Assembly: GCF_021028975.2 (NCBI RefSeq)
Contig: NC_059427.1
Coordinates: forward strand, 119,908,001 to 119,972,000
Direction of reading: 5' to 3'
DNA: 64,000 bases
Source of the DNA: Sphaerodactylus townsendi
Lineage: Eukaryota
Part shown: piece by piece, positions 25,805-39,419 of the stretch
How positions within the stretch are numbered: position 1 is the stretch's first letter
Layout of the letters: each line of letters opens with the position of its first letter
Notes under the pieces: model-generated
Database searches by the model: none
What the model was told of the DNA's origin: nothing
Seen by the model: the letters and a program-made list of their open reading frames with translations, nothing else
Made by a program: the position numbers and the translations under genes

Positions 25805-26222
25805 GTAAACAGAAGCTAACTGAACACATTGCTTTATTTGAGTGGGTATATTTACAAGTGAAGTCAAACACTGGTGCTAGTAAGAAGAACGAAGGTTATA
25901 TATGGCCTAATTTCATGAAATGGGTGATGTGAGTCAGGTCAGGTTTTCCCCTGGGCCCCATCCTTCTGCGCCCACACCATCCCTAGAATGGGGGACTCCA
26001 CTCACTCCGAAAGCCACACTGCTAGGAGAACCTTGCCAATTCTACTCTGGAGCATGGTCCAATGGGAGGAGGGACTTCAGCATTCCATCCTGTGTTCTTT
26101 TCACCAATAAAAATGGCTGTGGGAAGTTCTGTTTGCACCCCAACTCACATCACCCATCTCATGGTTAGACCCTATGATTTAAAGAGCTCTTCTGAGTGAG
26201 ATGATGTGCATGCGCATGCATT

Positions 26223-26508
26223 GAAGAAGAAGAAGAGTTTGGATTTATATCCCCCCCTTTCTCTCCTGTAAGGAGACTCAAAGGGGCTTACAATCTCCTT
26301 TCCATCCCACCCACCAACAAACACCCTGTGAGGTGGATGGGGCTGAGAAAGCTCCAAAGAACTGTGACTATCCCAAGGTCACCCAGCTGGTATGTGTTGG
26401 AGTGCACAAGCTAATCTAGTTCACCAGATAAGCCTCCACAGCTCAAGTGGCAGCCAGTTCTCCAGATTAGAATGCACCTGCTCTTAACCACTACACCACA
26501 CTGGCTCT
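26223..26508 (-). mobile_element. Squam3-like SINE
   Basis: Head GTGGTGTAGTGGTTAAGAG and (CTT)n tail on the - strand. Confidence 0.8.
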
Positions 26509-27757
26509 CTGGGACATTGGAACTTTGACCCTGTGAACAATGTCCATGATCCAGCACCATGGTCTTCTGAAGATCCATCAAGATTTGAAAATGGCTTCTG
26601 GGCAATGAAAGAGGCAGCTTCTGGAAGGAGGAAGCTGGGGGACTTATGAAGGGGCTACCATGAGGAACTCTGGACTGGGGCCAGAGATATTTTCATATGG
26701 AAAACGAACTTATGCAACTCTTCAAATGTTTCATCATATGCATCGATAAGATCTATGTCACAGAACTGCCTGTGGACAATATCGTCCTCAGTGACACAAC
26801 ATTTTCCATTTATTTGCCTGTTACCTAAGATTATAAAGGTCTGCTTCATCATGGGCAAACATCTGTGTGGATTTCATATTCTGACATGTTCAACTGGCCT
26901 TTTTTGTTTGTCTGTTGAAATTGTTTCTCACACTTCCACTTAAAATAAATGTTCAAAAAGGCCTGCAAACTTTAAAAATAACACACTATCGAACAATAAC
27001 ATAACATATATATTAAAACAAAACCCAGAAGTCAGCAGTTCAGCTGCTGGTGTGTGAAAGATGTAAATGAACACCAGGCAAATATTCCAGAGGGAAGTGT
27101 TCCACAGACACAGTACCATAGCGAAAAAGATTCTGGTGAGTTCACAACTATGTTATCTGCATACACTTTTAGGTTTACGCACTTTGCAACTGGATGGCAA
27201 TGCTGTCAATCACACTTTTATCATCACATGAGGGAATCATGACAGATAAGCTCATATTTGCAGTATGAAATTGCCTGGTTTCTCTTCACAGGCTTGAGAG
27301 AGATTTTAACAGTGCAAGTAGGTTAAAGGAACTTTATTTTACTTTACATTTTCTTTACTTTATTTTGGGCTTATATCCCGCCCTATCCCAGCCAAGGCTG
27401 GGCTCAAGGCGGTTGAATAAACCTGAAGTAATCCTCTCAGATGCATAATACAGAAGAGCTGGAACCTGCAGAACTACTAAAGAGCGAAGTCGACAAACAT
27501 TCCTTTTGACTTATACCTGAGGAAAAGGAGGAGTCCATGTGCTTGCAGCCAAGAACACAGGAATGTCCTATTACTCCTCTCTGTTGGGGAAATATTGATG
27601 GAGCGTCTTTCTCATCTAACCCAATATGAATGTGGGTACTATATTTTAGATTTGAGAAAAAACTTGAGATGTATCTATCAGGAATTTTTGAAAAAATATA
27701 AAGATAAAGCTCACTGTTTAGATATTTATCAACGACAGCTAGGATACTTTCGGCTAA

Positions 27758-28033
27758 ATGACATAGTGGCTAAGAGCAGGTGCACTCTGATCTGGAGGAA
27801 CCGGATTTGATTCCCACTCTGCTGCTTGAGTTGTGGAGGCTTATCTGGGGAATTCAGATTAGTCTATGCACTCCCACACACGCCAGCTGGGTGACCTTGG
27901 GCTAGTCACAGCTTCTTGGAGCTCTCTCAGCCCCACCCACCTCACAGGGTGCTTGTTGTGAGTGGGGAAGGGGAAGGAGATTGTTAGCCCCTTTGAGTCT
28001 CCTACAGGAGAGAAAGGGGAGATATAAATCCAA

Positions 28034-28073
<40 letters not shown>

Positions 28074-28131
28074 TTCATCATCATCATCTTCATCATCTTC
28101 TTCTTCATCTTCTTCATCTTCTTCATCTTCA
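27758..28131 (+). mobile_element. Squam3-like SINE with expanded compound microsatellite tail (CTA)n(CAT/CTT)n
   Basis: Body matches the other copies. Tail at 28035-28131. Confidence 0.8.
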
Positions 28132-28149
28132 TATTGGAGCATCGAGAAA

Positions 28150-28590
28150 ACTCCATCAATAACAGAATGGCAACATAAGGTTATAAACATTGTTAGAACA
28201 GCCAAGCTTTCAAGTTATATAGATTATAATTTGGACTCTGATTTTAAGGAGGAATGGAGAAACTGGATAGCTTATATAAAAGGAAAATATTAATATAACC
28301 ATGTAACTATATATGGTATATAATTTTGTGGTTTTTTTTATTATTTTTTCTTTTAATATTATTATTACTACTACTATCTTCTCTTTATTTTTATTTTTAA
28401 TTTGTTTATTTTTACTGTTATTTATTTTACTTTTTTAGTTTATTTAATTGTTTGTCCTTACATGTATTTATTTTTAAACAGTGCAATAGCTGGAAGTGTC
28501 TTTAGTTATAATGTAAATATTAGATTGACATTTCTGTATGTGTTTATGCATTGCATTTTGTGAATGTTGAAATAAAAACTTATTGCAAAA
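28150..28590 (+). mobile_element. Probable L1-type LINE 3' end
   Basis: FKEEWRNWIAYIK-like terminal peptide, then a T-rich 3' UTR and AATAAA. Confidence 0.45.
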
Positions 28591-29247
28591 TAGGCCAGAT
28601 CACAAAAGCTGAGTTGCCTCAAGAATTATTCTGAAAAAAGGCCTACATTTAGAGCTGTTCTTCAGATTTGTCAGATCTCAAAAATGCCATTGGACAGCTA
28701 CAGTTGGACCAAATGGAACTATTTCATTTCTTATTTTTTGAACTCTCACAAGATCAAGAAGCTAAGATGTATATAGCCACCCTAGAAGTCTTTCTCGACA
28801 GTTAGCCCTGCAAACCATCCTGTTATACCTGCCTTAGCCTCTGCTGTCCCTCTTTTCCCCATACCTTTTCCTGGAACTCAGTCTGCGATATTTGACATCA
28901 CATGTCAACCTTCCAACCGAGGCTCCTTTGGCTTCATCATTCATCTCCATTCAGTGGCAAATAAAAAAAATAATTATTCCTAAACCAAATGTTTAGGCAA
29001 GGCCCTTGCCAAATTAAAAGTCTGTAGTTTTGTCTGATTTTGATCTGTTCTATAGAATGGATTGTATGTATTTATCTGTTAATACAAAGGCTTTGTGCTG
29101 TGAACTGTTTGTAAACGTTTGTTTAAAAGCAATAGGATTAAATGGAGGGCAAGACTAGCAGCCAGCAGGAACAGTGGATATGAGCAGCTTATATAGCTAG
29201 AGTTTAGAAGATTGAGTCCCTGACGCTTGCCATTGGTTTTGTTCCAG

Positions 29248-29373
29248 AAACAAGTAAATGCAGGGGAATATGGCCCTACTGTGCCCGACCTGGAGAAGCA
29301 AATAGCAGAACACAACATCCTTCAGAAGGAGATAGAAGCATATAGCCTCCAGATCAAGAACCTCCATGGCCCG
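29248..29373 (+). CDS. EVPL: Envoplakin exon 5
   Basis: KQVNAGEYGPTVPDLEKQIAEHNILQKEIEAY...GP. cag| and |gtgaga. Confidence 0.95.
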
Positions 29374-31040
29374 GTGAGATCTCTGCCTTTTCATCCTACA
29401 TCCCTTGACAGTGATCACAGCCCTGTGTAGCTAAACCATAGGGTATGACTAGCTGTTTTTCACATGTTGGACTTCATACAGGTTGACTTTTACAATTCTG
29501 GTGTACAAAATCAGTCTTATGGACTCAAAGATCTATGCAGTTCCTATATCCTCCCTAACACCATGCAGGTTATAACTATCCCATTCTCTTCAGTGTTGGG
29601 GGATCTCTGGATTAGCATCTCCACAGAATGTACAGGTAATTCTCTGATGCTGAATAGAATCTGGCAACTCCAGCTCAATCAGAGTTCAGTACCAGCCTGC
29701 TAGTTGCGGAAAACCCCTCTGATCAAGCAATTTCCACATAATTAAGCCATGAAAAAGGCCTGAGTTTAGCTTAGAGGTGAGCACTTAATCTAATGTTTGC
29801 ATGTATCCTGCCTTTCCTGGGCAAAAGATGACTGACTTTGTTTTAACCGTGAAGTTAGTCTCAGTGAGATCTTCAAGATAAGCCCTTGTTCAGCCACTTT
29901 TACTTAATGATGGGTGCTCTTTATTAGTCGTGGAACCTCAACACCACTTATCATGAACTGTGGAGATAATAACAGCCCATAGATCCAGACTAAACAGTCA
30001 TTATCTTAGCAAAGTGAAATTAGTAGTATAGACTAATGACCAAAATCTGCTTTATTCAGTGGGTACTTTCCTCCTGCCTTTATATAGAAAGAAATCTAAC
30101 AGTCCTCAGGGGTTCCCTACCCTTTTGAGCCTATGGGCACCTTTGGAATTCTGACACAGGGAAGTAGGTCCAAGCACAAAATGGTTGCCACAAGAGGCAA
30201 AGCCAACCACAAAATAGTTTCCATAAAAGGCGGCATCAGGGAACGAGATCATGCATACCTCTGATAGTAACTCTTAAACATTTCAGTAGGAAGCTGTTAA
30301 CTGGATGCCTTTTGTTTAAAAATATTTTGATGTATGAACACAGTTTATCTTCAGTTACTCAGGGACAGTCCTTGTGATGGGGTAGCCACTGCTGCTGAAA
30401 CAACTTTGAAAAAATCTGCACAGCCAATCAGATTTCCAGTGATCAGTCAGAAGCCCTGCTTGGCAAAAGCCCCATCCGGCCTCACCCACTTTCTAAAAAT
30501 GCTTGGTGTTGGCCAGGAAAGGTGTCTGCAGGCACCGTGTTGGAGAGCTCTGAAAGGTGGTAGTGGTTCTAAACCAAAGGTGGTAATGCTAAACCGTGGT
30601 CTGGCACTGTGTAGAGTCTGAATGGAGCTGAGTCATCTCTTCTCCCCATCCTTCCTTTCCTTGCAAGCAGCAAGCTGATGGACTGCTTCCTAGTTTTCAG
30701 TAAAGCGTAGCTCACCATAAAATCTGAACCAGCAAACTGTGGCCTTTGTTTGGTTTGCAAACTAGGATTACAAAAATGGTGTATTACGGTACTGGTTTGC
30801 AGTTCCCTGCCTAAGGGAAAGTTCTTTTAAAAATCATAATTTGCAAGTTCAGATGTAATGGCAGTTTGGGAAAAATGATAAAAGTTATCAGCTTATGGTA
30901 CATGAAGGATGGGGGATCATGTGAATGAAACCTTCTGGTCTCCTTAAAGTAGTTCTAAGTCATGCATTGCATCAGAATCATGCCAAAGAAACATGTATAT
31001 ATTTTGTTTAATGACTGTTGAAAGCTTAAGCTTTCACTGT

Positions 31041-31565
31041 GGCGTTTTCCCCATGCCCAATATATCCTGGGATAAGAAAGCGAACCATCCCGGTTTGGGC
31101 ATGAATTCCGCAAGGCTTCCGTGCCTAAATTGGGCCCACCCCGCAACATTTGCTTTATTCCACAGTTTTCAAAAAATGATAAAATTGGCCGTTCTTTTGA
31201 AAAAGCTCGCGCCGATCCCACGCCCATGCAAACACGGCAGGAGACGGGCTGGTTTATTTTTTCACCATTGCCGCCTGCTCTCCCCGCCCCTTAGCTGCAG
31301 CCAATCAGAACATTGGAAAAACGAAATCTACATAAACTACATAAACGTACTCAATCTATGTAAACTACGTAAATGTTCATGTGGAAAATGAAAATAAACC
31401 GGAATGTGGAAAATGAAAATAAAATAAAATAATTCACTGGAGTTCTTCCTCCTGGCCTGAACATGCTGACCGGCAGCCTTGCAAAGGGAGAAACGAGGAT
31501 AAAAACAGCCTGGGATATATGATCCTGGGTCTATCCCAGGATATTTTATCTGTGGGGAAAACGAC
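31041..31565. mobile_element. MITE with about 35-bp imperfect TIRs (Harbinger-like ends)
   Basis: GGCGTTTTCCCCA..ATATCCTGGGATA and TATCCCAGGATAT..TGGGGAAAACGAC, with ACTGT on both flanks. Confidence 0.7.
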
Positions 31566-31927
31566 ACTGTTCATTGTCATGTCTTTCAATCTGTTTGAAA
31601 TTGAAATGGCGAGTCTTTAAATCTGCACAGAGTACCAGTTATTTGGGGGAAAAGGTGGACTTATAAATGTTGTAAATAAATAGAGTGGTAACAGACCAGC
31701 TGTGCAGGCCTATACAATGTTACCTCAGTCCTTAGCCCGCTGATTTCAGTGGATTTTAACTGGAATAGCTCTGCACAGGATTACACTGTGAATGAACTAA
31801 TAATGAGTATCAAATCAATGCAGATCAAAACTAGCTCAAGAAAAATTCACGGAACAGATCAGAAGAAACCTGTAATTATCAAAGCTATGAAAATGTTATC
31901 TTCACGTGCTTTCTCACTATGCACAAA

Positions 31928-32146
31928 TAGGATTGCCAACTCCAGGTTGGGAAATACTTGGAGATTTGGGGAGTGGAACCTGAGGAGAGCAACGTTTGGG
32001 GCGGGGAAGGACTTCATTAGAGTATAATGTTGTAGAGTCCACCTTCCAAAGTGGCCATTTCCTCCATGTAAACTGATTTTTGTTGCTTGGAGTTTAGTTG
32101 AAATAGCAGTATATCTCCAGCCACCACCTGGAGGCTGACAACCCTG
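31928..32146. mobile_element. Old non-autonomous DNA element with (T)AGGGTTGCCA termini (other copies about 4676-4900, 10900-11075, 12938-13582, 16340-16972, 20049-20262, 21777-22465)
   Basis: Recurrent about 220-bp sequence with inverted termini. Degenerate 8-bp TSD TGCACAAA/TATACAAA. Confidence 0.65.
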
Positions 32147-32279
32147 TATACAAACTAGTAGTCTCTGAATAACGTCTTCAGTAGTACAAGGTCTATTGCC
32201 AAGCACATTCAGTAACATAGGTTAAAATTCTGGTCAATTATTTGATGCCTCCCTCTCTCTTTTCTCTAAAAACAAATAG

Positions 32280-32318
32280 GAAGCAGTGGATTTGAAGAGC
32301 CAGCACAAGGACTTGCTC
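32280..32318 (+). CDS. EVPL: Envoplakin exon 6 (39-nt micro-exon EAVDLKSQHKDLL)
   Basis: Matches DAATIRSQYRDLL. tag| and |gtaagg. Confidence 0.88.
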
Positions 32319-32968
32319 GTAAGGATCTTTTTTTAATATAATTTACCTTCCTCTTTATTTTTTCTTGACTGACAATACTCATCAAGTGTAGGCTAGGTAT
32401 GGTTGGAATAGTAAGGTGGGTAGTTAGTCAGGGTTTCAGATGGTAGGATTCTTTATGGACAGTTAAGACGAGTGAAGAAACAACTCCCCCCTCCGCCTGG
32501 TATTATGCATCGATTGCCCTGAGTTTCACATAAAAATGTCAACCCTCCAGCACAATGTTTTATTTCTATGCCATTTTTATCCTGCTATTCTGCCAAAGTG
32601 CTCCAGCTGACATATGTGATTACCCCTCCTCTTCTGTTTTATTCCCACAACAGCCCTAGAAATTAGGTTAGGCTGAGAGACTGGTCCAAAATGATTCAAT
32701 TAGTTTTTTATGCCGTAGGGTAATTTGAACCCTAGTCTTTCTGGTCAAAGTCCAGCATTCTAACTGCTTCTCATCACACTGGGTCTCTGGTTCTGGAGCT
32801 TCTGAACCAGCACATCACCCAGTTTACCAGGTCACATGGTTCTTTCTGCCATCTCCCACTACCAAAGCAACCAGCTGTTCTCTGTGTGGGTCCTTAAATG
32901 GTGATCTTAAATGACATGAAGGATAGGGGGCTGGGATGGATTCCAATAACCATATTCTTCTTCACTTA

Positions 32969-33502
32969 GGCCCTTTCTGTACAGCGCTGGAAACGCAGCT
33001 CCACTGGCATAAATTATGCCGGTGGAGGCTCGGGGACTGCTTGCAAGGCACCGTGCGAGCAGCCCCACAGATCCGCCACACCAGAGAGGCAACTCCACAC
33101 AGAGCCACCTCCGGTCTGTCACCTCCACTAACCTGCCTGTCCAGCATCACGCTGGAGGGCTGCAGGGACCCGCCCATGCTGCCCTCCGACCTCCAGGGGT
33201 TGGAGGGCAGCGTGTGCAGGTCTCTGCAGCCCTCCAGAGCGGCGCTGGACAGGCAGGTCAGTGGAGGCGATGGGAAAAGCGGCAGCATCCCACCGGTGCG
33301 GTTCACACTGCGCTGGCGGGAAGACGCCACTTTTTAAAAACCTTGTTCGATGAGCAACATTTAAAGTGACGGCTTCACGCCGCTCCAGGGTGGCCAGGAC
33401 GGCGCTGCTGCAAACCAGCAGCGCCTCCTGTGCGAACGCTTCCCCAGGGACGGCGTTTTTGCCGCCCTTGGGGCGCTGTATTCCGCCCGTGCGGAAAGGG
33501 CC
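32969..33502. mobile_element. PIF/Harbinger MITE with long internal palindrome
   Basis: TIRs GGCCCTTTC and GAAAGGGCC, TTA TSD, internal inverted repeat at about 33122-33268. Confidence 0.85.
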
Positions 33503-34495
33503 TTAGTCTCATTCCTCCTCACAGTGATAAAAATCAGTGGTGTCTTTAATCTTAAACTCCCTAAACTGTAGTTGTGGAATGTAGTGAAAATTATATCTAG
33601 TGGGTAGAATGTGTATATTTTTATAGGCTGTGCTCCATTAGCATAAATTAACCCAAATTGGTTATGACTCATTCAATCTGTTCACGACTTCCAGTAACAA
33701 CTCCAAAGACATATTTTTCATTCCCACCAATGTTAGCACCCATGAGCAAGCTCTGGTAACTTTCTCATGAATAGCATGTGTCTTTCAGCATAAATTGCAG
33801 GAAACAGAACACTGACACTGCATTTGGCAATCAGCAATTAGTTTTCACAGTTTCACTTAAAAGTGTCACTTTTATGTTCAGAGGAACATCATGAAATAGA
33901 TTAAACAGATCATCTTGAGATAGATAGTTGAATAGAAACATGACTTTACACACACACACACAAACCACAAACACACTTTAAACTCTCAGTATCTAGTAAT
34001 GCATGAACTTCTCAAATCAGATCAGTGAGAGTTCTTTTGTAAGAAACTTGGAACTTTATTATATTTTATTTAGTAGAATAAATATATACTATATTCTCAT
34101 TTATTTATATAAGCATTTATATATCCCAGTGTGATTTATGTACTATTATTATTCCTATTTATTATTTTCATAATTTGATGAAATTATTTTTAAATAAAGT
34201 TTTAAACTGCATCACAGAGGGCCAAACTAGATGTTAGTTGTTTGTGGGTCCGACCCTGGATGCTGGCACCATTTTAAAGATGAATTCTGCCATTTAAAAA
34301 TGCCACGAAACAGTGTGATTGGACCTGGTGATCTTGTTCCCACATCCCGTGCACATTTTCAAGTGCTGAAACAGCACCCCCACCTTGATATTTCAGCATT
34401 TGAAAGGGCACAGGGTTGGGGGGAAATGAGATTGCCTGGTTATGCTGTTCTACAGCCCTGTGGTTTTTTTTTAAATGCCTGAATTCATCTCTATA

Positions 34496-35113
34496 CAGTG
34501 GAACCTCGGTTTTTGTTGGTAATCCGTCCAAAAAGAATCAATGAAAACTGAAACCGATGAAAACCGAGGCAAACTTTTCTATAGGAATCAATATAAATCC
34601 AATAAATCCATTCTAGGCACTCCAAAAATATACCAAAAACACATTTTTGGTGAATAAACATAGTGTTTAATGCTGAAAACAGTAACAAACAATAACACTA
34701 GGACCAGCTTCAGAGCCAGTGGACCAATGTAGCACCAGAAAGCTGTCCCAAGAGGTCTGTTTCTGACGCCTCTTTAAGATTTGTCTGAAATGGGGCAAGA
34801 CATTGTCATTAAACAAGTTGCAGACATGGCCTGCAACAGCTTTGTCCGGGTGATTTTTCTTCACAAACCCCTGCACCTTATTGCATATCAATGAAAACCG
34901 AGGCAAATCGATGAAAACTGAGACAAATTTTTCACTGAAAAAATCGATGAAAACCAAAATTGGGTGATTTTTCTCCACAAACCCCTGCACCTTACTGCAA
35001 ATTGGTGAAAAGCGAGGCAGATCGATGAAAACCGAGACAAATTTTTCACTGAAAAAATCGATGAAAACTGAAACCGATGAAAACCGAAGGCAATGAAAAC
35101 TGAGGTTCCATTG
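34496..35113. mobile_element. Tc1/mariner (Tigger/pogo-like) MITE
   Basis: TIRs CAGTGGAACCTCGGTTTT and AAAACTGAGGTTCCATTG, TA TSD. Repeated GATGAAAAC motif and an about 107-bp internal duplication. Confidence 0.88.
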
Positions 35114-35496
35114 TAATGGTGTCTAGTTTGGACCAAATTACTGGCTGGAAAAACTGGATTTTTCATATTGGTCCTGAAAAAAAAACACCTTTCCATTTTT
35201 CTTAATAGTCGAAAGCTTAAGACTTGTAAATTATGTTTGCCAAAGGGAACATTCACACGCCACACAGTACTGTGAATGATTAATGACTTGTGTATTGCTA
35301 AAATTCAACCAAAGAGATGTCTTGAGAGTTTCCATGTTCTTGCTTTTTGGTAATAACTGCTCACAAGTATGTCTCTTAGAACAGAATTAGGTGGAGGAAC
35401 ATTGTACAGCCCTGAGTATCCTGTAAAGAGCTCTAGAAATGCTGGATAAACGTTGTGACTAGCCTGGGCACTGATGTTTTCTCCCCATCGTGACAG

Positions 35497-35658
35497 AAAG
35501 CCTCCATCTGGCGAGGCCAGAGCTTGGGCAGCCTCTATAACCACCTACAAGGTTGCACTAAGGAGCTGGGCTATCTCACAGAACAGGAGAGCAAGATCTT
35601 AAGGCAAGACTGGAGTGATCAAATGATTGATCCCCAAGCAGTACGGCGTGAGTATGAG
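35497..35658 (+). CDS. EVPL: Envoplakin exon 7
   Basis: KASIWRGQSLGSLYNHLQGCT...QDWSDQMIDPQAVRREYE. cag| and |gtaagt. Confidence 0.95.
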
Positions 35659-36257
35659 GTAAGTCATGCCATAAAGTCTGGCGGATATGAATGGAATTTG
35701 TAATAACTGCAAACAAATCTGACAAGCAATTTAGATGCCTTCCATATACTAGTGGACCAAAGTTTCAAGTTCCTGTCTGTAATGCAAAGATCTGGAGGAG
35801 TTGTTTAAGGATCAGTATTGAGAACTACCTACTACAGATAGTAGTAGTTGCTGCTGTTGTCTTTGACCTCAGCCATGCAAACTCCATTCTGATCTGAGCA
35901 CACTTGTATAGAGAGTTGAAGGATATGTGTGTGTGTGTATATATATAGAAGAACCCCCAAGAGAACACTGTACTGACTACTCAAAGCTGTCTGAAATAGG
36001 TGATATTCCTAGTCTCGGTCATAATTAAAATGAATGTGGACCACTATTCTGACCATATATACCACCTAGTATTCTCAATTTTTATAAATATAGAACCCGC
36101 CAAGAAGAAATGGGGCAGCAGGTAACTGAAGTAGGGGAGATCATGGTCAGCTGCATTAATTTTAGTTTATCGGTTGCCATTCCCTGTAAACATCTCAAAT
36201 TCAGAAAAGGCAACCTGTTACTAAACTTATTGCCAATATATTTGCTAACCTTCATAG

Positions 36258-36590
<333 letters not shown>

Positions 36591-37369
36591 TGATTGAATC
36601 AAGATGAGTGGGTAAGTGGGGTGTGGAGGGTTTTCAGCTATTGTACCAATGTTTCTGCAATTATGCCCATATTTTCCTGATGACTATCTATCTAAATTAA
36701 AATTGTGGCCAATATATGGAATACACCTAAATCTGTCTATCTGGGTCACACGCCAGAACAGATTTTTCTGAAAACTTGGGGAAGCCCGTAGGGCTGCAGA
36801 AAAATCTTAACATTTTTTTAATTAGGTGGTTTAATTCCCCCCAATTAAATATAGTGATGTCTGTGCATCAGCAGACAAGTGTAATGAGTGTGGTAGCAGT
36901 GTTGCAAAGGATGTTGCTGCCACAGTAATTACAATTGAGGTGAAGGGGGGCCCAGGCACAGTGGCAATGGAACCCTGGAACCTGGGTGGGCCCAGGCATG
37001 GCAGTGGCAGAACCCAGGATGCAGTCCAGGCCCGGCCACAGCAGCAGAGCTTTTGAGGTGAATCAGGTTGGATGGTGATAGGAGGTGAAGATGGGATTCC
37101 TCCTCAGAATGAGTTTCATGGGTCCCCACATGAATTTCTGTAATTAAAATAAAGTTCTACTAATAGTATGGTTGTGGGTGTAACTGATTTCAGACTCAGT
37201 TTCTTGGGGTTATACAACATGCTTATATTTTGCTTCAAAGCAGCTACAAAGGGCATGGTGGGGGGGCCAGTTTGGATCTGAACTCTCTCATGCCACCACT
37301 ATCTGCTGCTGTCAACCCTGGGCCTAATGACAACCGAAGGAACCCACAACTGGACAGCGATTAAAATAA

Positions 37370-37561
<192 letters not shown>

Positions 37562-38552
37562 TAACATCAGATTTTAGTCATTGAACTTTGGAGATGACAT
37601 GATTGAAAACATGCAAGAGCTTTCTACTAAACTCATAAAGGGCCAAACCAAAGTTGCATGAAATGTAATGAGTCAGTATTTTTTGTGCCTTGCTTTGCTC
37701 CATACCCTCCTATCCCATCATATGTCTTGAACACCAATGCCTCAAGTATCCCTCCTTATCCATTAAAAAGTGTTCTTAAGAGGCAAATTACAATCTAGAG
37801 GGGGCGAATCACCTCTGGAGGCGGTATGGGTTTACACTGGCAGAAATGCCCTCTTTGGGCCACTTACCCTAGCGGAAGGGCAAATCCACGGGGTGCCTGG
37901 CTGCTGTGATGCCCTGCGCTGGCTGACTGTAGTACCTACCCTTTTTTTAAGCACTCTTGGGGGTGGGGCCAACATTAGTTGGCCTCCAGAGTCCAGTCGT
38001 TCCCTGTGTGCTGGTGGAGTTGCTGGCAAAGATCGTGGCATATCTCTATTAACCTCTATGGAGACTTTGAGGTTAGGAGGGGTGGTTTACATTTTCAGGC
38101 TTCCCACACTACAGGAAAGCCCTTTGGAGCAGGTGGAGTGGCGCTGAAGCGGCAGCGTCGCCACCCTCCTAACAACTGTGGATTAGGCTGTCAGAGCCAC
38201 TGAGCTGTGAGGATGGCATTAAGGCATATCCTTGACATGCTTTAGGACAAAATCGAAAACATGAGCAAGTAACTCATGTACTCATACACACTATACACAA
38301 ACACATGCACATAGAGATCACACCCAATGTATAGCTCAGACAGAACTGAATTGGAACCATCATGGTGTCCTGAAGCTTACAGGAACTTAATGGGGTGCAA
38401 TTGTACCTCCAGTCCTTGAAAAAAACCACCTTTTGGAACACATGTTTAATTGAGCTGTTATTCAAAGGATTTGGTACACTAAAAAGATATAGTCAGGACC
38501 AACCGTCTTCATCGCTTTCTTTTTTTCCTTTGGTCTCCTGTTTTGATTTTAG

Positions 38553-38678
38553 TTCTATGATGATGCAGATGCTGTGAGCCAGTCGCTTAAAAAGCTGAAT
38601 GATGATCTCGATACAAAATATAGCAAATTCAACAAAGACAGCCCCGGAGTGGTGTCTGGTTTAGTCCAACAACTGGAG
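38553..38678 (+). CDS. EVPL: Envoplakin exon 10
   Basis: FYDDADAVSQSLKKLNDDLDTKYS...QQLE. tag| and |gtgaga. Confidence 0.93.
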
Positions 38679-39272
38679 GTGAGAGCCGAAGGACAGAACT
38701 GAGGGACTTCAGTAGGGTCTTATTTATTTGTTTATTGTCTTGCTTCATCTGGCCAGTTTGTCCTTCCTGGATTATTACAACAACCCAAAGCCAAGGGTGG
38801 GGTTTTTTTGTTATTTAAACTCAGTAACATACAGAACCAGCGAGTGAGTTATTTGTTGGCCAAATGGTCTTGATTCATACCATTGCATTTGATTAAGGTA
38901 CTGGAACAACAACAATAGGAAAAGGGTGAGGAGAATGAAGATTAATTATATGAAACCTGGCTTCGTGACTAGCTTCTCTTTCAGAAGGTGTTGCTTTCCG
39001 GATAAGAATTAATATAACACATCCCAAAGCTGGGAGTGACCTGCACCTAGGCCAAGTTTATGAGCCACCAAGACAAATGCAGCCGTCAGCCATGTATGGC
39101 AACTTGATTACTCTTGCCTTTAGCTGCCTGCCTGGAATTGCAAAAGAAAACAGTTCTCAATCAACTGGCAACTCACACTATATGGAAGTGGGCTACAAGT
39201 TTTATGGTCCTACTCTACGATGTGCCTCAGATGTTATGTACCCATTAATTCTCTGGTTGTCCTTCTTTCTAG

Positions 39273-39419
39273 AGTGATGAGAAGACTGTGAAACAAGCTG
39301 AGAAGAGCATTGCTGAACTGAAAAGGAGAAGCAAGGAGATCAGTCCTTTGAAACTACGCAGAATCTACCCCTCCCAGCCCATTACTGTGGATACCATCTG
39401 TGACTGGGACTTGGCTGAT
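39273..39419 (+). CDS. EVPL: Envoplakin exon 11
   Basis: SDEKTVKQAEKSIAELKRRSKEISPLKLRR...VDTICDWDLAD. tag| and |gtaaat. Confidence 0.93.

Noticed and set aside
34540-35100. CRISPR-like repeated GATGAAAAC units
   Set aside because: Irregular subterminal repeats inside a TA-flanked Tigger-like MITE in eukaryotic DNA.
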